A DNA stretch of 64,000 nt. Source: Eledone cirrhosa. Taxonomy: Eukaryota. The stretch lies in the NCBI GenBank assembly GCA_964016885.1, contig OZ024762.1:9672001-9736000 (forward strand), read 5' to 3'. Of this stretch, positions 37,934 through 51,499 are shown one piece after another; positions within the stretch are counted from its first letter, which is position 1, and each line of letters begins with the position of its first letter. The position numbers were made by a program, and so were the translations under genes. The notes below the pieces were generated by a model. It saw only the letters and a program-made list of their open reading frames with translations. It had not been told where the DNA came from and made no database searches.

Positions 37934-38043
37934 CAGTCTAACAATTGTTTCTATGATAGAGATGTCTAAAAATTGCTAAACACTGAAACTAGTGACACTT
38001 ATTTTAAAATACATGTAACCTCCATCATTTCGTCAGAGAACTG
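37934..38043 (-). ncRNA. Hammerhead motif with long stem II
   Basis: CAGTTCT-CTGACGA-AATGATGGAGG...TCTCTATCATA-GAAA-CAATTG-TT-AGACTG. Confidence 0.65.
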
Positions 38044-39524
38044 GGAAAAAATACAAAATATACCTTTAACAATATATTGTTATCCTATATATATATATAT
38101 ATATATAGACCACACACACACACACTCACATATATATATATATATATATATACAGCTCATACATACACACCATACACACACATAAATACACACACACACC
38201 ATGAAATAAGTACTAAACTTGAAAAATGAAGTACTGAGGTCAATATGATCGACTAAATCAAGACAGTGCCCCAGCATGGCCACAAACTAGGAATATATAT
38301 GTGTATATCTATTTATCTATCTATCTATGTGTGTGTGTGTGTTTTATGTAACTCACATACATATATACATAGACACTTATATGTAAGCACTCTTACATAC
38401 AAATTGAAATGCATTGAAAACACACATATTCATGAATACACATACACACATGCATTAAAGATGTATATACATACATACACACACACATACAGGCATCAAA
38501 CATCTATAAATAGATACATATACACACACTATATACACACAGAGGCATTAAACATGTATGTATACATACATATACACAGGCATTAAATATGTATGTATAC
38601 ATATATATACACAAGCATTAAACATGTATGTATACATATATATACACAGGCATTAAACATGTATGTATACATACATATACACAGGCATTAAATATGTATG
38701 TATACATACATACAATCAAACCATCAAGACATGGCAAGCACAATTTTAAACGCATGCACACGCACGTATATATACACGCACACACACACTTTCAAATGCA
38801 TGTACACAAACACACAGGCCCACACACACACACACATAAACACACAGGCCCACACACACACACACACATAAACACACAGGCCCACACACACACACACACA
38901 TAAACACACAGGCCCACACACACATACACATAAACACACAGGCCCACACACACAGCCCCCCCCCCCACACACATAAACACACAGGCCCACACACACACAC
39001 ACATAAACATACAGGCCCACACACACAGCCCCCCCCCCAACACATACACACATAAACACACAGGCCCACATACAGGTCCACACTCACACATACAGCATTA
39101 TCAGGGGAGTCCAGGAGTGAAGTTTACAGGTCTTTATCAGTGATGCCATCAAAGTTGTATTTCTCTCACTTTGCCAATAATAATAACAAAACTACTACTA
39201 ATAATACTAGCAATTTATTTTATTGGCCACAGGACCCAAGACATTGGGTTTTTATCATTTATGCCATCAATCTTGAATTTCTATGTCTTTGCCAATAATC
39301 AACACAGAAATCTAGGCTTATAGGTCAAACTAACACCAAATATAATAATAATTGTTTCTACTTTAGGCACAAGACCAGCAATTACGCAGTACATTACTGG
39401 TACTTTATTTTATCGACCCCGTAAGCATGAAAGGCAAAGTTGACCTCGGCGTGATTTGAACTCAGAGTGGGGAAGAAAGGGCCGTAACTCTATGCATCAA
39501 AGCATGGTGTCTGACCCTCTACCG

Positions 39525-40500
39525 ATACAATAATGCTTTCTTAACCACAAGGGTTGACATAAAGTATAACATTAAGGACAGTACAGTACAGGATGGTACA
39601 AATGGGCATATAATAATAATGATTTCTTTATTAGCCATGCAGGGTTCACATTAAGGAAACATTAAAGACGGTACAGAACAATACAGTGTGGGTTTTTCTT
39701 TGTGTAAAATAACATTTATTAAAGAGACTGAGAAAATAAACATTGAAAATAAACTTAAAACAAACACAACTTCCCCAAAATTGAGGAGACCCTAAGGGTC
39801 ACTCATGTAGAAATTCCACAAAAGCCAAGGTCACCCTATCCGCTAGGGTAAAGTGCCCTCTTCCAGTTTTTCTACTCCAATCTACAGGTCAAAGCAGGCC
39901 CATTCACACAGACCATGCTAGCCACTCTCACCCACTTTTCAACAAACAACACTTCCCTCTCCACCCTGATTCTCCTCTTCAAGTGAAATTGAGTAACGAT
40001 AATGGTTTCTTTATTAGCCATACAGGGCTCACATTAAGAAAACATTCAGGATGGTACAGTGTGGTTTGGGGCATGTAAAAGGGTTTTAAGAAAAAAAGGC
40101 AGACATGTAGAAATTCAAACAAAATAAATTCCCCAATCGGGAGGAGGGAGGGACTTCCTAAGGTCACACATGGGTAACCCTCCCCTCCCCCCCCCCAAAA
40201 AAAAACCATGGTCAGTCCCACGGCTAAGGCAAGTGCTTTCTCCCAGTTACCCTTCTTCAATCTAGATGCATACTCAGAGCAGGCCCATTCACTCAGGCCA
40301 TGCTGACCTATCAACAAACTGCTTAAAAGGCAACACTACTCTTTCCACCTTGATTTTCCTCTTCAAGAGAAACCTGAGAAAGATAATCAGAACTTCACCG
40401 AAGAGAAAAGTGTTTGCCTTTAACCCTTTCAGATGTGTCCACCATATGCCCTCTTTTGCCATAGCCACCAGGCAGATAAAAACTGCCTGCCTCTTCTAGC
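39525..40500 (-). pseudogene. Tandem 3' fragments of a Tx1/L1-clade LINE
   Basis: Minus strand AVFICLVAMAKEGIWWTHLKG..FLLKRKIKVER (40500-40340) and FHLKRRIRVEREVLFVEKWVRVASMV (39990-39910), each followed by a UTR ending in (ATT)n. Confidence 0.65.
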
Positions 40501-40644
40501 TTTTGAACTAGCTTACCTTCTAGTCTAGATTTTCCATTGCTACTCCTTTACTAAGTCTTATCGATTATACTCTAATTGCCCTTTTCGGAGCAAACCACCA
40601 TTTGTTGTTGATGACTGCCCCATCAACACCCAGATGATACTGAT

Positions 40645-40910
40645 AATAATTGTTTCTGTTTAAGTCTTAAGGCCAGCAATTTGAAGGGAAGGGAAAGCCG
40701 ATTAAATTGACCGCAGTGCTTACTAGTACTTTATTTTATCGACCCCTTAAGGATGAAAGGCAAAGTTCAAATCTTGCCGAGGTTAGCTTTGCCTTTCATT
40801 CTTATGAGTGTCAATAAAATAAAGTACCAGCAATGCATTGGGGGTTGATCCAAATGGCTTTCCCTCCCCCAAAATTGTTGGCCTTGTGCCTATAGTAGAA
40901 ACCATTATTA
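40645..40910. mobile_element. Two 5'-truncated family-B SINEs fused head-to-head
   Basis: Minus tail+core then plus core+tail meeting near 40765. Confidence 0.8.
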
Positions 40911-41072
40911 GATAATATAAGGGCATCTGTAGAGCATCAAACAATATATTGTTTGGTATATAGTTACGACCCTTTACGTTCTGATTTCAAATCCCACCAA
41001 GGTTAGCTTTGTCTTTCATTCTTATGAGGATCAATAAAATAAAGTAGCAGGAACGTATTGGGGTCAATTTAA

Positions 41073-41649
41073 CCCTTTAGCATTTCCATTTATATATATA
41101 TGGAGGCACATAGCTTAGTGGTTAGAGCATTGGCCTTGCAATCGAAAGGTTGTGAGTTCAATTCTCAGACCGGGTGATGTGTTGTTTCCTTGAGCAAGAC
41201 ACTTTATTTCACATTGCTCCAGTTTACTCAGCTGTAGAAATGAGATGATAGGGACTGGGGTCCCTATTATTCCACTGTAAAGTGGTCGTGGAGGTGCAAC
41301 GGCAAAAAAGCACCCAGCACTCACTGTAAATGAGGTTGGTGTTAGGAAGGGCATCCAGCTGTAGAAATCAAGCCAGAATCAGTTCCCGTCCCACCCTTGC
41401 AAGCAGGGAAAAAGCGGACGTAAAATGAAATGATGATGATGATGATATATATATATATATATATATATATACTATTTTATTTTCGCAGTAAAAGCTTTAT
41501 CTTACATAATATCGAATCTACGAGATTTTGATATTATTTATTTTAAGAACAATACCTTAACGTCAGTATGAGTGGCCAGTTGGAGCCAGTTTGAACAGAA
41601 GGAGGTGAGAGAATTCTGGCCAGATACAGCCAGTTTAAATGCTAAAGGG
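41073..41649. mobile_element. TTAA MITE carrying a family-A SINE (41102-41445, +), itself inserted in a family-B SINE
   Basis: TTAA-CCCTTTAGCATTT...AAATGCTAAAGGG-TTAA; family-B sequence resumes after 41653. Confidence 0.87.
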
Positions 41650-42054
41650 TTAATCAACTTTCTCCTTCCATTCAAATTGCTGACCTTGGGCCCAAAAGTA
41701 GAAAATTATTATCAGTACATAAATAAATAAATATAAAAAAAAAAACAATATAGTGAAGATTGAAAATCCCGCAGAATTGTTTATGACAGTTTTTTTATTA
41801 ATTGTAAATATTTTCAGTGCAGGAGTTGATTACAAATAAAGATAAAGATATTCTCCACCATGTTATCAACAATCTTTTGTAAATTCAGCCTCAGCTGAAG
41901 GCATAGTTGTATTGAGACAGTGAGGGGAATTTGTTGTTATAATGTATTAGTCATTATCTGTAAGTGTGTGTGTGTGTCTGTGTGTCTGTGTAATGAAAAC
42001 AGAGAGTTGTTAGCTAATTTCTTTATAATTAAATTAGATTACCAGAGAGAAAGT

Positions 42055-42394
42055 GGAGGCACATGGCTTACTGGTTAGAGCATTGGCCTTGCAATTGAAA
42101 GGTTGTGAGTTCAATTCTCAGACCGGGTGACGTGTTGTTTCCTTGAGCAAGACACTTTATTTCACATTGCTCCAGTTTACTCAGCTGTAGAAATGAGATG
42201 ATAGGGACTGGGGTCCACATCATTCCACTGCAAAGTGGTCGTAGAGGTGCCATGGCAAAAAAGCACCCAGCACTCACTGTAAATGAGGTTGGTGTTAGGA
42301 AGGGCATCCAGCTGTAGAAATCAAGCCAGAATCAGTTCCAGTCCCACCCTTGCAAGCAGGGAAAAGTGGATGTAAAATGATGATGATGATGATG
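42055..42394 (+). mobile_element. Full-length family-A SINE
   Basis: Near-identical to 9410 and 41102. Confidence 0.92.
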
Positions 42395-42459
42395 AAAGTT
42401 CACTATATAGTGGTTAAGCTCACAATCTTAAGCTGGTTTGATAGCAACTCAGCCAAAAT

Positions 42460-43112
42460 TAATTCTGGTTCTATGAAACAAAACCAATCATTTTAAAGGG
42501 TTCTTATTTAAACCTTTTGGTGATGCTAACCCTATGAAAACTGGCTCTGGTTCTATGAAACAAAACCAATCATTTTAAAGGGTTCTTATTTAAACCTTTT
42601 GGTGATGCTAACCCTATGAAAACTGGTTCTGGTTCTATGAAACAAAACCAATCATTTTAAAGGGTTCCAATTTAAACCTTTTGATGATGCTAACCCTATA
42701 AAAACTGGTTCTGGTTCTATGAAACAAAACCAATCATTTTAAAGGGTTCTTATTTAAACCTTTTGGTACCAAACCCAGTGAAAACTGGCTCTGGTTCTAT
42801 GAAAATAAACCACCTGTTTTAAAGGGTTCTTATTTAACACTTTTGATACCAACCTGGCCAAAACTAGCTCTAGTCCTATGAAACAAACCCAAGAATTTTA
42901 AAGGGTTCTTATTTAACCCTTTTGATACCAACCTGGCCAAAACTAGCTCTAGTCCTATGAAACAAACCCAAGAATTTTAAAGGGTTCTTATTTAACCCTT
43001 TTGATACCAACCTGGCCAAAACTAGCTCTAGTCCTATGAAAAACAAACCCAACAATTTTAAAGGGTTCTTATTTAACCCTTTTGATACCAATCTGGTTAA
43101 ACCTTGCTCTGG
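42460..43112. repeat. 80-82-bp tandem repeat, about 8 copies
   Basis: Period 82 (42467, 42549, 42631); contains AAAGGGTTCTTATTTAACCCTTTT. Confidence 0.9.
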
Positions 43113-43339
43113 TTATATATATATATATATATAAGACCACGAAAAATATGGGCAGAGGTGGTGAGAACTGATCTCAGATCACTGAAGCTCACAGAGGAGA
43201 TGGTACTTTTTTTATTGACCTTTAATGGATGAAAGGCAAAGTTGACCTTGGCAGGATTTGAACTCAGAGAGCAGAGAACCAAAAGGAATACTGCAAAGCA
43301 TTCTATCCAATGTTCTAATGACTGCTAATTCACCATTTT

Positions 43340-43383
<44 letters not shown>

Positions 43384-43411
43384 AACAAAAGATGGTTAAA
43401 GGAGTTCCATG

Positions 43412-43482
43412 TATTTTATTATGCGCATTTCAAAAACAAACATCATCATGCAATAATATTTGTGTTTTCATCAGATAAAACA
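43412..43482 (-). ncRNA. Type-I hammerhead motif (inverted partial copy at 43720-43783)
   Basis: TTTTAT-CTGATGA-AAACACAAATATTAT..ATGATGTTTGTTTTT-GAAA-TGCGCA-TA-ATAAAA. Confidence 0.72.
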
Positions 43483-44198
43483 GGACATGATATGAAGGCT
43501 AAAAAACACTTGTGGATAGTGCAGTTTTAAATCAACATATGAGAAGTAGTTTTAGATTGATGTGTGATATTGGGAAAAATATTTTATTTAGGGGGGGGGG
43601 GATGAAAAAAAGAGGAGGAGATGAGAGTGAAGGTGGAGAGGGAGGAATATAATGAGGAAGGATGAGATGGGTGATAGAGAGAGAGAGAGAGATAGTTTTT
43701 ATAACTGAGAAAGATATATTGTTTTTGAAATGCGCATAATAAAATACATGGAACTCCTTTAACCATCTTTTGTTCTTATATATTATGTATACTCCAGTCC
43801 TACAAACTGTAGAGTGCTTCTTATCCGATATCTGCATTGCTTTATTGTACTACAATAAAACTCACCTCCTACATTATATGTATATGTATATATATATAAT
43901 ATGGACGTGGTGTTAAATTTTCATTACATTTATATATATATATATGTGTATGTGTGTACATAAACACATAGCCACACACATACACATATACATGTGTGTA
44001 CATAAATACACAATCACACACACGCACATACAAACACACAGCCATACACATACACACATATATACATATGTACATAAATACACAACCACACACAAACACA
44101 CAGCCATACACACACACACATATATACATAAATACACAATCACACACACACACAAACACACAGCCATACACGCACATATATACATAAATACACAACCT

Positions 44199-44245
<47 letters not shown>

Positions 44246-44818
44246 GTGTGTGTGTGTACATAAATACGCAGCCATAAATATAAAAATATATATATATATA
44301 TATATAAATATATATATAAATATATATATATATATAAATATTTATATATATATAAATATTTATATATATACATAATATAGATACATGTGGTCTGTGTATT
44401 TATGTACATAAATACACAGCCACCCACACACATACACACCCACCACAACACATATACACACACCACACATACACAACACCACACACCTAAATATGAAATA
44501 CTGTAATGCCCTAATGTCTCATCTATAATTGTTGACAAACAAATAGCCTCATAATGGAGATGCCTCCTCTAGTTATCTAACAATAACTTTGATGAAAGCT
44601 ATATAGGCAACAATGGAAAGTGTGGACATGCTCAAACATTCCTTTCACTTCCAAATCAATGCTGTCTTTGCTTATAACACTTCATTTTAAAAGAGATTCC
44701 AAACATAAGCAAGCAGAGAACAATTTCCAGCACCTGTCAAGCTTATACATAAATACATACATATATATATATATATATACATATATAGAGAGAGAGATAT
44801 ATATTTATATATATATAT

Positions 44819-45160
44819 GGAGGCACATGGCTTAGTGGTTAGAGCATTGGCCTTGCAATCGTAAGGTTGTGAGTTCAATTCTCAGACCGGGTGATGTGTT
44901 GTTTCCTTGAGCAAGACACTTTATTTCACATTGCTCCAGTTTACTCAGCTGTAGAAATGAGATGATAGGGACTGGGGTCCATATCATTCCACTGCAAAGT
45001 GGTCGTGGAGGTGCCACGGCAAAAAAGCACCCAGCACTCACTGTAAATGAGGTTGGTGTTAGGAAGGGCATCCAGCTGTAGATATCAAGCCAGAATCAGT
45101 TCCCGTCCCACCCTTGCAAGTGAAAAGTGGACGTAAAATGATGATGATGATGATGATGAT
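44819..45160 (+). mobile_element. Full-length family-A SINE
   Basis: Near-identical to other copies; begins directly after (TA)n. Confidence 0.92.
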
Positions 45161-45349
45161 ATATATGTATATGTATATGTGTGTCGTCCTCTCTCTCTCT
45201 CTCTGTCTATCAATATATAATAGTAGAACACATATATATATATATATCATCATCAAGGGTAGACGGGAACTGATTCTGGCTTGATTTCTACAACTGGATG
45301 CCCTTCCTAACACCAACCTCATTTACAGTGAGTGCTGGGTGCTTTTTTT

Positions 45350-45900
45350 CTAAAATCCAAAGAGGGCTCGATAAGGATAAATATATATAAAATATATAAG
45401 AACCGTAGAGCAAATATTTATTAAAATAACAGATTAAAGTTTAAGCAAAGAATCGCTGCTTCCACCCTTAACGGGATCTTCTGAAACTAACAAAGTCAAT
45501 CTGTAAACGCAGAAGTGAATATTTCAAAAAACGTTGCAACCGGAGGAAGACAGGAAGACGATACTTTGGTTCGTGGAAACGTTCTCTGGCAAAGAACGGG
45601 AAAAATTGAATATAATACGTCATTATTTGAAGCAGTGAAAAACAATTACACACAAAGACAAAACCACGTTTATGGTATAAAAGAAGTCATAGACTAATAT
45701 TCTATTAGGTGGTTCATAGAGACGTTCTCTGGCAATGAACGGAAAAAACGAAGGTAATACGTCATATGTGGAGTGTGGAGAACAATAGCACGCAAAGACA
45801 AAACCATGTAAATGGTATAGCTGAAGTCGTAGACTAAAATTCTAACTAGGAAACCGAATGATTCTCGGCTTCAGAGTTAAGAATAAAGTAAATAAAATAC
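45350..45900 (-). mobile_element. Dispersed repeat, probably Penelope-like (partial copies at 34250-34315 and 63687-63805)
   Basis: Shared sequence; variant core CAGAAGA-TCCC-GTTAA-GGGT-GAAA on the minus strand; internal ~145-bp duplication. Confidence 0.5.
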
Positions 45901-46244
45901 AGAGGTAATTGAAATTAAATAAATACATACACGCATCTATATATGTACATACACAAGCATACGCGAACACACTCGCCATAGGTATACAAATACACACACA
46001 TATAAATATGTGTGTGTGCGTGTATACAAATAATTAAATAAACGTATATAAATAAATAAGTACGTATATAACAAGCGCACACACATACCTACATGTAAAT
46101 ACACATATGTTCGTCAACCAAAACAGGAAATACACATATACACACACCCTACATACGTACGGACCCGCATACTCACACAGACGCAAAACTCACGTATACA
46201 CATAACCAAAAGCATTATTATAATCAACATAATCAAAAAAAATG

Positions 46245-46306
46245 TTTTATTATATATATTTCGGAGGTACTGTGTTGTTTTTTCAGTACGTCCTCATCAG
46301 ATAAAA
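46245..46306 (-). ncRNA. Type-I hammerhead ribozyme motif (degenerate copy at 30514-30572)
   Basis: TTTTAT-CTGATGA-GGAcGTACTG-loop-CAGTACcTCC-GAAA-TATATA-TA-ATAAAA. Confidence 0.82.
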
Positions 46307-46469
46307 TACATAAATTGATGTATGACATACCTCAACTGTGCTGATGGTTCAATTCCAGTCTTAGCAATGATTAATTACAACAAAACTCAATATTTATATA
46401 CCACAAGTAAAAGTGTGACAAACTAAATATGATATATATACATACATATATATACATATATGAGTATGT

Positions 46470-47650
46470 GTGTGTGTGCATGGCGGTGAGTATACATATG
46501 TTTATGGTTGTGTGTGTGTGTGTGTGTATGTACATGGCGGTGAGTATACATATGTTTATGGTTGTGTGTGTGTGTGTGTGTATGTACATGGCGGTGAGTA
46601 TACACATGTTTATGGGTATGTGTGTGTATGTGTGTGTGTATGTACATGGCGGTGAGTATACATATGTTTATGGTTGTGTGTGTGTGTGTGTGTATGTACA
46701 TGGCGGTGAGTATACATATGTTTATGGTTGTGTGTGTGTGTGTGTGTATGTACATGGGGGTGAGTATACACATGTTTATGGGTATGTGTGTGTCTGTGTG
46801 TGTGTATGTACATGGGGGTGAGTATACACATGTTTATGGTTGTGTGTGTGTCTGTGTGTATGTACATGGGGGTGAGTATACACATGTTTATGGTTGTGTG
46901 TGTGTATGTGTGTGTGTATGTACATGGGGGTGAGTATACACATGTTTATGGGTATGTGTGTGTATGTGTGTGTGTATGTACATGGGGGTGAGTATACACA
47001 TGTTTATGGGTGTGTGTGTGTATGTGTGTGTGTATGTACATGGGGGTGAGTATACACATGTTTATGGGTATGTGTGTGTATGTGTGTGTGTATGTACATG
47101 GGGGTGAGTATACACATGTTTATGGGTATGTGTGTGTATGTGTGTGTGTATGTACATGGGGGTGAGTATACACATGTTTATGGGTATGTGTGTGTATGTG
47201 TGTGTGTATGTACATGGGGGTGAGTATACACATGTTTATGGTTGTGTGTGTGTATGTGTGTGTATGTACATGGGGGTGAGTATACACATGTTTATGGTTG
47301 TGTGTGTGTATGTGTGTGTGTATGTACATGGGGGTGAGTATACACATGTTTATGGGTATGTGTGTGTATGTGTGTGTGTATGTACATGGGGGTGAGTATA
47401 CACATGTTTATGGGTATGTGTGTGTATGTGTGTGTGTATGTACATGGGGGTGAGTATACACATGTTTATGGGTATGTGTGTGTATGTGTGTGTGTATGTA
47501 CATGGGGGTGAGTATACACATGTTTATGGTTGTGTGTGTGTATGTGTGTGTGTATGTACATGGGGGTGAGTATACACATGTTTATGGTTGTGTGTGTGTA
47601 TGTACATGGGGGTGAGTATACACATGTTTATGGTTGTGTGTGTGTGTGTG
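46470..47650. repeat. ~50-58-bp GT-rich minisatellite
   Basis: TACATGG(C/G)GGTGAGTATACA(C/T)ATGTTTATGG plus a (GT)n spacer. Confidence 0.93.
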
Positions 47651-48392
47651 TGTCGATTAGGATCATGTTTGTTTCTCTCTCAGTATGGTTTTTGACATAT
47701 ACAAATAAATGGGGGCAAGTGGGGGGATAGGTGGGATGGAGAGGAAGGGATACAGAGAGAGAGAGAGAAAGAGTGAGAGAGACTGGGATGGAGAGAGAGA
47801 GACTGGGAGAGAGAGAGAGAGAGAGAGAGAGAGGAGTTAGTGTAAGCAAGATATAAAAGGGGGGGGGGCTAAGGGGCTAAAGAGGGAGAAGAAGGGAAAC
47901 GAGGTGGGTGGTGGGAGGGGATGTGTGGTAGTTAAAGAAGTGGGCATTGTTGAGATCAATAATTCACCATTTTAGAAAGAACTTTCGATAGAAAATTATT
48001 GACTATTGATAAACACACACACATATATATTTATATATTTATATGTATCCATATATATACAAATATATATATGTATATATCGATTTATATACATACATAT
48101 ATATATATATATATGTATCCATATATACACATATATATATATACACACACATATATATATATCCATACATATACATACAGATATATATATGTATCCATAT
48201 ATATGCACATATATATATATATACACATATATATATCCATACATATACATATATATATATATATCCATATATATACATATATATACATACACATATATAT
48301 ATATGTATCCATATATATACATATATATACACACACATATATATATGTATCCATATATATACACACACACATATATATATATATATAAGTAT

Positions 48393-48426
<34 letters not shown>

Positions 48427-48428
<2 letters not shown>

Positions 48429-48646
48429 CGAAGGAGTTGTGATAAGGAACCAGATGGACCATAACGCACCAGAGTACTCAATATTTAGGGTAGTAGAGTG
48501 GGTAATAGGAAAAGGTTTGACCCCGTCGGCAGAGCTCAAGCCGTTTCAACGGCTATTTCTGGACGTCCAGAAATAGCCGTCGAAACGGCTTGAGCTCTGC
48601 CGACGGGGTCATACATTTTCCTATACATATGTATATATACATATCC

Positions 48647-48681
<35 letters not shown>

Positions 48682-48848
48682 CATATATATATGTATGTAT
48701 CCATATATATATATATATATATATAACGAAGGAAATGTGGTAAGGAACCAGGTGGACCATAACGCACCAAAGTACTCAATACTTAGGGTAGTAGAGTCGG
48801 TAATAGGAACCAGTAAGACCCCCTTACTGGGGTCTTACTGGTTCCTAT
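48427..48848 (-). mobile_element. Two copies of the TA-inserted element, each ending in a long hairpin
   Basis: Shared AACGAAGGA..GGACCATAACGCACCA.AGTACTCAATA.TTAGGGTAGTAGAGT.GGTAATAGGAA; hairpins at 48505-48624 and 48803-48848. Confidence 0.8.
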
Positions 48849-49015
48849 ATATATATATATATATTTATACACACACACACATATATGTGTATGTATCCAT
48901 ACATATATACACACATATATATATATATATATGTATCTATATATATATACATCATCATCATCTTCGTTTAACGTCCATCTTCCACTCTAGCATGGGTTAG
49001 ATGGATATATATATG

Positions 49016-49104
<89 letters not shown>

Positions 49105-49107
49105 GTG

Positions 49108-49141
<34 letters not shown>

Positions 49142-49143
<2 letters not shown>

Positions 49144-49486
49144 TCATCATCATCATCATCATTTCATTTTACGTCCGCTTTTCCCTGCTTGCAAGGGTGG
49201 GACGGGAACTGATTCTGGCTTGATTTCTACAGCTGGATGCCCTTCCTAACACCAACCTCATTTTACAATGAGTGCTGGGTGCTTTTTTGCCGTGGCACCT
49301 ACACGACCACTTTTGCAGTGGAATGATAAGGACTGGGGTCCTTATCATCTCATTTCTACAGCTGCGTAAACTGGAGCAATGTGAAATAAAGTGTCTTGCT
49401 CAAGGAAACAACACACCACCCGATCTGAGAATTGAACTCACAACCTTTCGATTGCAAGGCCAATGCTCTAACCACTAAGCCATGTG
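49142..49486 (-). mobile_element. Family-A SINE
   Basis: Reverse complement of the 41102 copy. Confidence 0.9.
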
Positions 49487-50504
49487 AGGTTCTTATATAA
49501 AATTATGTTGGAAGATTTTAATTTAAACTGGAAACCTTTAAAATGGTTGGTCTTAATTCCTAGACCTGAGCTGGTTTTTACTGGGTTGGTAACTAAATGT
49601 TGATATTGTGTACCCCCTGTAGGTCAGTCACCCACATCACTATCCTTTAGTATCACACTATAATTCACTCATCCCCCTTCAGGGGGGCTGGATTTATCAG
49701 AGGCAAAGGGGACAATTGCCCTGAGAACCCTGCATTGGGGATCCTCACCAGCAATCATCATCATCATCATCATCATCATCATTTAATGTCTATCTTCCAT
49801 GCTAGCATGGGTTTAGACGGGAAATGTCCCACTTGAGGCAAGATTGGTTGTCTCGCTCATATAGGACTGTCTGGCAGGTTTTCTATGGCTGCATGCCCTT
49901 CCTAACACCAACCACGTTTACAGTGTGGACTGGGAGATTTTATACCGTGTTACCTACACGACCACATTACAGCGTGGACTGTGAGTTTTTTTGTCGTGAC
50001 ACCTACACGACCTCATTTATTTAGGACTGGATGTTGGGGTACCAACATAACTGTACAATGTCTATAGCAATTTATTTCTGCCCTCAGCTGAGCTTTTTAG
50101 TTTTAGGATGGTTAGAATTTTTTTTATTTAATACCTAAATGTATAACTTCTCAAATCCAATTACGTGCGCCTAGGTAACTTTGATTTGTAAAGTCTTGGA
50201 GAGGGAGGGCTGTGCTCTCTACTTTTATGTGTATGAGGATGGGTCACCCCAAATCTGAAAAGTCAAAATCCAACCCTGCCCTTCACTATCCTATGTCTGT
50301 TAGTATTCACCTTCCATATGCTTAGAATACCAGAAAAGAAATATTTTAATTTATTTTTATGTTTCTATGTACATATTTTTTTATATTCCCATTTTAATTT
50401 GTTTTTGAAATTTACTTATTTGCTTTTGGATTTAGTTCTTATGTCAATATTTAAATATTTCTATGGAATTCAATGCGTGTGTCTTTCTGTGTGTGTATAT
50501 GTAA

Positions 50505-50603
<99 letters not shown>

Positions 50604-50618
50604 AATATATATATATAT

Positions 50619-50651
<33 letters not shown>

Positions 50652-50880
50652 AATATATATATATGTGTAAATATATATATATATATATATGTACATATAC
50701 ATATATATATGTACAGATATATGTACATATATATATTTATGTGTGTGTATATATATATATGTATATATATATATGTATATTCATATATATATGTGTACAT
50801 ATATATATGTACACATAAAAATACACACACATATATATATACATATATATACACTCACACACATACATATGTACATATAC

Positions 50881-50938
<58 letters not shown>

Positions 50939-51499
50939 TAATCATCATCATTTTAAATCTGCTTTTCCATGCAAACAAATCCTCCTAAAAATGATTTTTG
51001 ATGCCCTTAGTCAAAACGGGGGGGGGGGGCATATATCAGCATATATCAATAAATATGAAACAACAGCAGCAACAATAATAATAACAACAACAATTACATG
51101 ACTTTTGATGGCCTTTAGATAAATACACTCCTCCTTGGTAAACAGCAACAACAATAACAACAACAGCAGTCAATAACATAGGGTAGGGTGAGTGTCTATA
51201 TGATTAAATATAAAACACCACCACCACCACCATAACACCACCACTACCACCACCACAATACCACAATACCACTACCACCACAACACAACCACCACCATAA
51301 CAACACCACCACCACCAGCACCACCACAACACAACACAACCACCACCACAACACCACCACAACACAACCGCCACCATAACAACAGCACCACAACAACACC
51401 ACCACCACCACCACAACACCGACACCACCACCGCTACCACAACACCACCACCATCACCACCACCACAACAACAACAACAGCAACCATAACAACAACAAC

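Noticed and set aside
41815-41965. Plus-strand exon candidate (ttttcag ... gtaagt)
   Set aside because: Stops in all three frames and opposite strand to the other splice signals
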